Part shown: positions 50,377-60,400 of the stretch, in pieces
Position numbering within the stretch: position 1 is the first letter of the stretch
How the letters are laid out: each line of letters opens with the position of its first letter
From: Macrostomum hystrix
Lineage: Eukaryota > Animalia > Platyhelminthes
Length of the DNA: 64,000 nt
Assembly: GCA_950097015.1 (NCBI GenBank)
Contig: CATNEN010000010.1
Coordinates: 1,860,001-1,924,000 of the forward strand
Reading direction: 5' to 3'
Program-made: the position numbers and the translations under genes
The notes under the pieces: model-generated
What the model was told of the DNA's origin: nothing
Seen by the model: only the letters and a program-made list of their open reading frames with translations
Database searches by the model: none

Positions 50377-50814
50377 ATGTCCTACGATGGCAATATTCAA
50401 ACCTACACCCTGATCTACTGGGTGATTGTGGCCGTTGTGGTGATCGTGATTCCCCTGATCGGTGGTATCGGCATCCTGTGCGCCTACTACTGCTGCTGCC
50501 GGGAGGCTTGCCGACCACAGCTGGGCTCCAACCTGTTCGGCAGGAGCCCGCAGGCGGCTGCCGCGGCTGCGTCACGTGGAACGCAGAATCCGAACTATGC
50601 CGGCTCGCACGCTCAGGTGTTTGTCACTCCGCAGGTGCATCCGGGCGCGATGCAGAACCATCAGCAGTACCCGCAGCAGTACCCGCAGCAGTACCCGCAG
50701 CAGTACCCGCAGCAGTACCCGCAGCAGTACCCGCAGCAGTACCCGCAGCAGTACCCGCAGCAGTACCCGCAGCAGTACCTGCAGCAGCCACCACCACAGT
50801 ACACTGAGAAGTGA
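50377..50814 (+). CDS. Small single-pass membrane protein with juxtamembrane Cys cluster, (QQYP)n tail and PPxY motif (CYYR1/VOPP1/shisa-like architecture), 145 aa
   Basis: TM IYWVIVAVVVIVIPLIGGIGIL, then CAYYCCCREAC, nine perfect 12-bp CAGCAGTACCCG units, C-terminal PPPQY; ATTAAA at ~50866. Confidence 0.8.
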   Translation: MSYDGNIQTYTLIYWVIVAVVVIVIPLIGGIGILCAYYCCCREACRPQLGSNLFGRSPQAAAAAASRGTQNPNYAGSHAQVFVTPQVHPGAMQNHQQYPQQYPQQYPQQYPQQYPQQYPQQYPQQYPQQYPQQYLQQPPPQYTEK

Positions 50815-51219
50815 AAACTACACAGAAAACTTCAGTAAATACAGAATATAAACTAACAATGACTTATTAAACATCCCGTTGTTCTGAATCTGTCTCTCTA
50901 GAGATTATTAATTACCTGTATAAGACGTACCTTTCTCATATTAAGTCTGTACAATGATTTTTAAGCTAACTACTTCAGAATTTTGTCTATAAAGAGCTAA
51001 AAAACAACTTATTTTGATTTTTTTTGCGCCTTAGTGTGAGCACTATTTATGTACGAAAATAGGAAATAAATTTATTTAATTTAGCAGTCCTAGTTTAGTC
51101 ATTCTTCCGAAATCTGTAGCTATTCGGCCAGTAAAATTGTTTGCGAATAATCCTCATGTATATAGACGCGTCATTCTGTCACTGTAAACTAGTGTGAAAT
51201 CCTTTCTGTATTTTTCTTC

Positions 51220-51390
51220 ATCACCTCATCCAGACCTTCAGAGGACATCCCCACCTCATCCAGACCTTCAGCGGACATTCTATTCCCATCCAGACCTTCA
51301 GTGGACATCCCCACCTCATCCAGTCCTTCAGTGGACATCCCTACCTCATCCAGACCTTCAGTGGACATCCCCACCTCACCCAGAACTACA
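51220..51390. repeat. 30-bp tandem repeat (ACATCCCCACCTCATCCAGACCTTCAGTGG)
   Basis: 5-6 copies. Confidence 0.88.
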
Positions 51391-52071
51391 GTGGAATGTC
51401 GCTAACCTCCTCCTAACCATCAGAGTGGATAGTTGTTAAGCTCAAAGAGACCTTTCGCTAAACTCTTTAAAACAGTAGACTAAATTTAAAGCCAATGCAA
51501 GCAAAAAAGTTTTAGGCTGTAAACTTTGCTCTGACTTCGGATAGAGAGGCAGATAAATCATAGACCGAGAGTCATTGGCAGTCAACTGACCAGATAAGCA
51601 AAAAATGAAGGTCAGTCAAATGAAAAACAGACTTAAATACTTGTGCCTGCATTCGGCAAGTGACGTTCGCTCTTGATACCTAAGCACCGACCACAAACGT
51701 GTTCGTGTGTGTTTGTGTGTGAGGTTGCCTAATTTGAAACATGTGGACCTGCGTGCTAAGCGATTCCAAATGCGGCTAAATCACCTGCAAGCCGCGAGTT
51801 TCGCGCATTTGGTTTCAGCTCTATACCTACGAGGCACTTTCATTCTCCAGTCCGTAAATTAGCCCGCAGTTAGCGCACAACTGGTCCACTTGCAGTGCAG
51901 CTTTTTGAAATTTTCGCGGAAAAAGTCACAAATGTGTTGTGGAAACAATAAATCTACCAGTTTATGCTGTCTGAGAAAACTCGTTAACAAGGCTAGAAAA
52001 ATAGCAGCCTTTTTATTATGTAGCTAAAAATTGTAGCGATTTCAATTTTCGTTTGAGCTAATAGAATATAT

Positions 52072-53478
52072 TTGATTAGATTAGAGAACAGATTCAGTAG
52101 ATTAGGGAATAGATTCAGTAGATTAGAGAACAGATTCAGTAGATTAGATAACAGATTCTGTAGATTAGGGAATAGATTCAGTAGATTAGAGAACAGAATC
52201 AGTAGAATAGAGAACAGATTCAGTAGATTAGATAACAGATTCTGTAGATTAGGGAATAGATTCAGTAGATTAGAGAACAGATTCTGTAGATTAGGGAATA
52301 GATTCAGTAGATTAGAGAACAGATTCAGTAGATTAGATAACAGATTCAGTAGATTAGGGAATATATTCAGTAGATTAGAGAACAGAATCAGTAGATTACA
52401 TAACAGAATCAGTAGATTAGGGAATAGATTAAGTAGACTAGGGAACAGATTCAGTAGATTAGATAACAGATTCAGTAGATTAGGGAATAGATTAAGTAGA
52501 CTAGGGAACAGATTCAGTAGATTAGATAACAGATTCAGTAGATTAGGGAATAGATTAAGTAGACTAGGGAACAGATTCAGTAGATTAGAGAACAGATTCT
52601 GTAGATTAGGGAATAGATTCAGTAGATTAGAGAACAGATTCAGTAGATTAGATAACAGATTCAGTAGATTAGGGAATATATTCAGTAGATTAGAGAACAG
52701 AATCAGTAGATTACATAACAGAATCAGTAGATTAGGGAATAGATTAAGTAGACTAGGGAACAGATTCAGTAGACTAGGGAACAGATTCAGTAGATTAGGG
52801 AATAGATTCAGTAGATTAGATAACAGATTCAGTAGATTAGAGAACAGAATCAGTAGATTAGGTAACAGAATCACTAGATTAGGTAACAGAATCAGTAGAT
52901 TAGGGAACAGAATCAGTAGATTAGGTAACAGAATCAGTAGATTTGAGAACAGAATCAGTAGATTAGGGAATAGAATCAGTAGATTAGGTAACAGAATCAG
53001 TAGATTAGGTAACAGAATCAGTAGATTAGGGAACAGAATCAGTAGATTAGGTAACAGAATCACTAGATTAGGTAACAGAATCAGTAGATTAGGTAACAGA
53101 ATCAGTAGATTAGGGAACAGAATCAGTAGATTAGATAACAGAATCACTAGATTAGGTAACAGAATCAGTAGATTAGGTAACAGAATCAGTAGATTAGGGA
53201 ACAGAATCAGTAGATTAGATAACAGAATCACTAGATTAGGTAACAGAATCAGTAGATTTGAGAACAGAATCAGTAGATTAGATAACAGAATCACTAGATT
53301 AGGGAACAGAATCAGTAGATTTGAGAACAGAATCAGTAGATTACATAACAGACTGATTGAGTAGATTATCGGACTGATTGAGTAGATTATCGGACTGATT
53401 GAGTAGATTATCGGACTGATTGAGTAGATTATCAGACTGATTGAGTAGATTATCGGACTGATTGAGTAGATTCGAATT
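52072..53478. repeat. 21-bp minisatellite (AGTAGATTAGAGAACAGATTC variants) followed by a related 21-bp array (GACTGATTGAGTAGATTATCG)
   Basis: About 60 plus 6 copies; one frame is open on each strand. Confidence 0.96.
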
Positions 53479-55975
53479 CTGATGAAGTAACGGGCTATGT
53501 TCATTTGAATTGTGATCCAGAAAGATTGACTGCCGTTGTTTACTTTGACTGCCGCAGGCCACTGAGCCTTCTCGGATTGCTGGATATTTAGAGGCTCATT
53601 GAGTAAACCTAGCCTCCGTTTGTCCCTGGGCTCATTACGCAATTAAAAAATTCACCTGTAACGGCATGCCCATCGAGTTTATTTACTACTGCCTGACTGG
53701 AGTATGACTTTTGACAGACTTGACAATGAGCTGTCAAATGCGTCATGTTTGACAGAGAGAATCAAGTAAGTCACACAAGGCAAACAGATTGTACTTATTT
53801 TGCTGCTTAATAGCTAGCAGTTCTATATTTTTACGACTTTCAGCTCTAAGGCAAAAAGTTTTGTTGAATTCGCCTTACATTTTTTGCTTGATGAAGAAAT
53901 GAAGAAATCAGTGCTAGCTCACTAACAAGGCTAGGCAGCTGGCTACCACTCTGAACCTACAGGCAATAGTATCAATTAATTAATAATTTGGCACTCGAGC
54001 TGTGGCGCCAGCCCTTCAGGTGCCACCCGACTGGCACCCCCCGCGGTGCCCCGCAGGCCAGGCTTTGTGGGGAAGGGCGACAGCGCGCCATTGTGTTGAA
54101 ACTGAGTAACACCTCAACAAACCAGCACCACCAACCTACTCACAGCAACCGAGTTTACTAGTAGACCGGGTGAGAAAAGGTGAGAAGCTATTGAGTAGTT
54201 AGACCGGGAAAAATTAATTAATGTCGTCTTGCTCCTAGGAGCCAGCAAGACTGGATCTGCTATCAGTGAGTGTTTATTTCCTGTTGCACAATGTCCAACC
54301 TTGATTTTAAATAAATCTTCCTTAGCTCTTGTTCATCTCCCTAGTTGTTAGGAGCTGGCTTGTCTCGTCTCTCTTTTATCAGGTAATAACTGCCCGCAGC
54401 CTTCTATTCCTGACCTGCAGTTTTCTTATCAGCTTGGCGCAGCAACCTGATTTCACCGCAGCACTCAATATCCGCACCCTCATTATCGCGCCTCGTATTT
54501 CTTTTTACCTTCTTGTGTCACTGTGCTTGCTGGCAGCAGTCGCACTGACTGCACGCTAGCCAGCAATATGCGAAGGTCTGGCTCTAATCTTTGAATCTCA
54601 GGCTTATCACTGCATATAGGATATATTGCCAGCATCCACATCTGAAGTTAAGTAAATCCAACCACATTTGAACACCGCGCGTCACTTCCAATTCCATTCT
54701 TACCTGTTAACAATGCCGGCGGTGCTTGTTGGCCAAGATTTCAATCAGTAATCACTAGAAGGTTTGGTGGGCCACCAGATTATTCAGGCAGATTATTAAT
54801 ACACCTGCAACAGGCGCGGGCCTGATGACTAAAACTGTTGAATAACATTGCGTCAACGCTCATATTACTAATAGTAGATAGATAGAATGCAGCCTGCAAA
54901 GCATTATTTATTCTGCTTGGTAAATAAATTCAGGTTGAAGTAAATATCTAAGTAAGAAATTATTTATGCCAGGTGAAACCGAGAGCCCCACAAGATGGAG
55001 TGCCCGGTTCCTGCAGACTCTGAGAATCCAAAAGCAGCAATGGCAGCTCACTGCCCATGGCAACACCCTTCCGGGACTCACACCCGAAGCTATTGCTTCG
55101 CTGCTTTGAGTGGCTTCTACAACTGAATGCAAGGCTTTTTGGAGCTGGGGGCGTTTAAGAGGCCAGAGGGGAGGGCACTCCTTTCCTGCCTTGTAATTTC
55201 AACAGTTTGCCGGGATTTCGGCAACAGTGCCATCTGGGGAATTTTCTGTGCGAGGAATCGGGACAGCCGGGCCTGGGAGCCACTCTCTCAGGGTTCCTCT
55301 TCAGCTCCGCTGCTGACGCCGCTGCTGTTGCTGCCTAGGGCCACTTCAGTTTAGGAAATTTCATACATATGCCAGCACATTGTTACCACACTGTACGGCA
55401 TGCGCCACTTGAGAAGGAGCAGCCGGGAGGAGGTAAAAGGGAGAATTTCCTCGGGAGATATTTCTGTCGCGGAGGGAAAACAATTCAAACACTTGAGTTC
55501 AGCCGCAAAAGAAATAGAAAAATTGGCGCGAACTAAGACTGGAAAAATGGCCGAGAGAGGAGCCGAATGAAATGAGGATCAAAGTAAGTAGCGGCCCAAA
55601 TCCCTTCCCCTCGACCTGAAGTCCCCTGGGAGAGCTAGGCGGCGGCAATAGCATCGATTGTTGGCTTTGAGTCCATGCAGCCGCTCGGTTCCGCATCGCG
55701 CATCAGCAGCTCGCAAAGCTGTGAGGCAATCACCGCCAGGACCTGCCCGGCATGAAATCAATCAGCAGCCTCCGCCTCTCCCATTTCCCAGCTGGCCCTT
55801 ACCGAGAGTGGATTTCAGATTTGGGCATTTTTTGGACGGGAGAAGACGGCCAGCATCTGGGTGAGTCAGCGGCATTATTGCTTTGAGCTTGGCCGGCTGT
55901 GTTTAGCATGCCGGCCGGATTGAAGGAAGAAATAACAATAACAGGTAAATAAGGCTGCAGAACTGCAAAATGGTC

Positions 55976-56047
55976 AGGTCCCACCGAGACTCGAACTCGG
56001 GTCGCTGGATTCAGAGTCCAGAGTGCTAACCGCTACACCATGGGACC
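55976..56047 (-). tRNA. tRNA-Gln-CTG: tRNA-Gln, anticodon CTG
   Basis: GGTCCCATGGTGTAGCGGTTAGCACTCTGGACTCTGAATCCAGCGACCCGAGTTCGAGTCTCGGTGGGACCT, 72 nt. Cloverleaf with anticodon stem CTGGA/TCCAG, A and B boxes, and a TTTT terminator 5 nt downstream. Confidence 0.97.
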
Positions 56048-56264
56048 GCCTGGTAGATAAACAAACAGCAGAACTATTCACAAAAATAGCCGGAGCCTTT
56101 AGAAATTTAGTTTTTTTGTTTTACTTTGCCTTCCTAACTCATTTTTACACAACCCTTTTCAGTTTCTTCTCATTAAGTTCAAGGTGTTTCTGCGGGGTAA
56201 AATTTTTTTTGCAGCTTTCTTCTTCATTAGCAAAACAGAATAAAAATCTAAGTAAAAAATGGTC

Positions 56265-56336
56265 AGGTCCCACCGAGACTCGAACTCGGGTCGCTGGATT
56301 CAGAGTCCAGAGTGCTAACCGCTACACCATGGGACC
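56265..56336 (-). tRNA. tRNA-Gln-CTG: tRNA-Gln, anticodon CTG (identical second copy)
   Basis: Identical 72-nt sequence, with a T6 terminator downstream. Confidence 0.97.
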
Positions 56337-57435
56337 GCCTGGGCGAAGGGCTCCAGCCTTAACCCGAAATATCTGCCCTCTGCCGTTCGTCAACCCTCAC
56401 GGCTATCGGGGTGGTGGGGTGGACCGGCCGGAAATGTACATTCTCTGCGTACATTATTCGTCCGTGGCGAGCGATAGATAAGCCCGATAGCACTAGAAAT
56501 TGATGCACACCAAGCTCACTATTAGACAGGCCTAGCGCCATATTTACTCCGAAGTCAATTAAACTGCTGACATTTTATAATTAACAAATCCAATGGCTGG
56601 AAAAGCAATAAGCCATTACTGATGGATTCCCAACGTACTTTTCCGCTATATTGAGTTAGTTTCAGGCTTGAGTTTGAAGCTATGATATGAGTCCTCACCC
56701 TTAATCACACATCTACGCTCGTAAGTGGATTATGATAGAAAAAGCGAGCGCATGTACTACTCTTAGCAATATAGAACAGCATGGGTTTGAACAGAAGTTG
56801 GAAACTGTATTTGCTGCATCAGTGTTCGCACGCTGCGCACTCTGTTCTTTATTTTCAGTGACACAGAAAAACAAAACAGACAATAATAGACAGCACTCAG
56901 CATTCTCACGAAAGGATTTAAAATTCGGTGCCTTTGCGACAATTTTTTCATTTTTAAACCGGGTGATACTACTTCCGATAAATAGCAGCGCAGCATTTTT
57001 GAGCTAAAAATAAAGCGGCATGTGGAATCTAAAAAAATATTTGTTTTTGCTACAAAAATAGGGAATTCACGACAGATTCACACGCACATACTATTAGCAA
57101 CTAGAATACAACGCATAGATACAACAGGTAGACTTTGGGCACCCGGAGACAGATCCAATTATAAAACCGCTTTTTATCAGGTATGACTAAACCAAGAAGC
57201 CATTTTCTCTTCTATCTGCCTTCGAATTCGGATTTTTCAAACTAATTTTAGAAAGTGCATGCTCGCAGTGTGAAATAAGAAGATTCTTCTGGCTGAATTT
57301 TCATGGACTTTTGTTCGTAGAAATCGGTCAACAAAAGTACACGAAAAAATATCACCGCTCAGGGTGCTTTGTAGGAGCTGTGGTGGCGCGCTCAGCGGCT
57401 TGAGATGAATGAAGGAAGTGGCGCCAAAGGCGCAG

Positions 57436-60400
57436 TTAGAGCAGTCGGCACGTGCCCGTCTGCGGCGGCTTCCGGAATTGCAAGCCGTTGGCTGCCTCCG
57501 GCGCCGACTCCACGGACTGTTGGCGACCAGCGGAGCCGTCAGCTGACACCGGCGGCGGCGTATCCAGCTCCTCCTTCTCGGACACTGGGTCGTTCAGCCG
57601 ACGCCGGGCGTCGTTGGTGACGATCCCGTTGGCAGGCTTGGCGGCGGCGAAGGGGCTGGGTGCCGCGGCCTTCAGGGTGCGCTTTGCGTGGCCCAGCAGG
57701 AAGTATGTGTTCATGAGGCCCTTGCCCTTGATGTTGATCTCACCACGGCCCTCGAAAATATAGCCCTTGTCAGCGCACTTCTCAGTCAGAACCCTGGCAG
57801 ACAGGGTGGTGGCGGCAGCGATGATGAATTGACTATGAAAATGATTAATAGCTAGTCTAGCTCATTGGATGAAGTGTCAGCATGGATTGCTAGTCTAGCT
57901 CATTGGATGAAGTGTCAGCATGGATTGCTAGTCTAGCTCATTGGATGAAGTGTCAGCATGGATTGCTAGTCTAGCTCATTGGATGAAGTGTCAGCATGGA
58001 TTGCTAGTCTAGCTCATTGGATGAAGTGTCAGCATGGATTGCTAGTCTAGCTCATTGGATGAAGTGTCAGCATGGATTGCTAGTCTAGCTCATTGGATGA
58101 AGGGTCAGCATGGATTGCTAGTCCAGCTCATTGGATGAAGGGTCAGCATGAACGCTCACCTGTATGTGGTGGGGCTGACGTGAATGCGGCTGGGCACTCC
58201 GTGGCTCTCCATGCGGGAGGCCACATTGACGGTGTCGCCGAACAAGCAGAAGCGGGGCATCTTGTCCCCGACAACGCCGGCCACGGTGGGTCCCGTGTGC
58301 ATGCCGACCCGGATCTGCGGATGACAAGAAGCGGGGCCGAATTAAAGAGTATACCGGAGAAGCAACCATTAGTGACGATTGACCAGTCTGTCACCTCGAC
58401 ATGTAATCAGCACCCTAGCGCCTAATTCTAAGAAATTATAGCACAACTCACCTGCAGTGGCAGGTTTGTGACTGGCGAGGTGACGCGGCATGAGGCCTCG
58501 ATCATGTCCATGGCCTGCTCGCTGCACACGTGCGCGTGCTGGTCCGTGCGCTCCGGCACGCCACCGACCACCATGTAGGCGTCTCCGATGGTCTCGACCT
58601 TGTAGACCTTGTTCACCTCGGTTGCCTTATCGAACAATGAGTACAGGTTATTAAGCATGTCCACAATGTTCATTGGCGTGCATTGGCTGGCTATGTCCGT
58701 GAAGGTGACAATGTCTGAGAACAGAATTGTGCAGATCTCGTATTTCTCTGCGGAGGTGGGAATCGGACGTTTAATAACTGGAGCAATTAAGACTGGAAAG
58801 GTCTGGGTTCGCTCACCGGCTGCGACCCGCTTGCCTTCCAGCAGCTGCTTAGCCACCTTCGAGGGCAGCATCTGGGACAGCAGGATGTGCGTCTTCTTCT
58901 TCTCATCGTTGAGCTCGGCGGTCATCTTCTTCATCTCGTTAGTCATCTCGTCCATGTGCTTGCTGATCTCGATCTCCGCCAAGCGCTGCTGGTTCACCTG
59001 GAGGTTTTGCGTGCGGCGGGTTTGGCGTGGAATGAAAGAGCAAGCGAAAGCAGAGAAGGTTTGGGGTTCTATACTCGGAAACAAAGCTGTATTTGAGCGT
59101 GTGCGCTTTGTCGAGGTCAGACGCACCTGCAGCAGCTCGCGTGTGACGTCATAGAGCGGTAGGTCGGACATGAAGATGTTCTTCTCCATCATTTCGCTCA
59201 GCGTCATGACGCGAGGCGAGCAGACAAACAGAAACAAATTGGTGTCCTCCATGAAGATCATCTGGCCTGCAGTGATAGGACAGAAGCCAAGCTTCAGGAT
59301 CAATCTGAATGCGCTTCAGACAACACACCGGCCCGCATGAGTTCCGCTCAGTCAGAATTATCCTCCCCTCACCCTTGATGAGCAGCGAGCTCTCTGGACA
59401 GTCGTCCTCGATGGAGCGCTTTAGCCGGAGCGTGAAGGACGAGTTAAGAAACCGCTTGATGTAGTGCGACGAGAAGTTGACGGGCGGGTTGACGAGCTCG
59501 CAGACCTCTGTGAGCTTCACCACGCTGTCTTTGTAGCGCAGGGTCTGGCAGACGGACTGGATGGCGGCTCCACTCTGCTTGACGAACAGCAGCGAGTCAA
59601 AGATGATATGATAGGGGAAGTAGCGCACGAAAGACTTCACGGTGATGAGGCTCTTGCTGGGGTAGCAGGGCTGGACAAAGTCGTCCAGACTCGCTGCCAG
59701 GGAGCTGTGCGAGGCGAAGCTGATGAGGATTCTCACGTGAGTCTGGTAGCGACTCTCCGGCGGAAAGTCCGTGTCAATGTCCATGACCTTCAGCTGAATT
59801 TCCGTGCTGAATATCTCCTTGGCGACAGTAGACAGCATGCCTGAAGGTGGCCGTGATGTCAGGCTGACAAACTGCTAAACTCTTCCATCTACTCACATCA
59901 CGATCGAGTCCCGAACCATTCGTTTTTAAAACTAATCGATTCTCAAACTGATCGATTCTCAAACTGATCGATTCTTAAACAGATCGATTCTCAAACTGAT
60001 CGATTCTTAAACTGATCGATTCTCAAACTGATAGATTCTCAAACTGATCGATTCTTAAACAGATCGATTCTCAAACTGATCGATTCTTAAACTGATCGAT
60101 TCTCAAACTGATCGATTCTCAAACTGATCAATTCTGAAACTGATCGATTCTCAAACTGATCGATTCTCAAACTGATCGATTCTCAAACTGATCGATTCTC
60201 AAACTGCTAGCGCACTAGAGCGCCCACCCCAGCAACTAGATAAGTACTTGGTTACAAAAGAACTCTTCAGTCTTGAGCTGGGAGACTCCAGAAGTCTGGG
60301 ACAGGCAGGCGGAGAGTTTGAGAGCGGCTCGCGGGGGAAAGTTCAAGCCTTGGCGAGCTACGTGACGCAGGTGGCGAGCAGAGGAAGGCTGCGCACCTGA

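Noticed and set aside
55140-55335. LSQGSSSAPLL resembling the RT motif GVPQGSVLSPLL
   Set aside because: A single weak motif with no adjoining RT domains in frame; at most an uncallable LINE relic.
50662-56336. CAG-rich QQYP gene lying ~5 kb from two tRNA-Gln(CTG) genes
   Set aside because: tRNAs act in trans, so the proximity has no mechanistic support and is probably chance.
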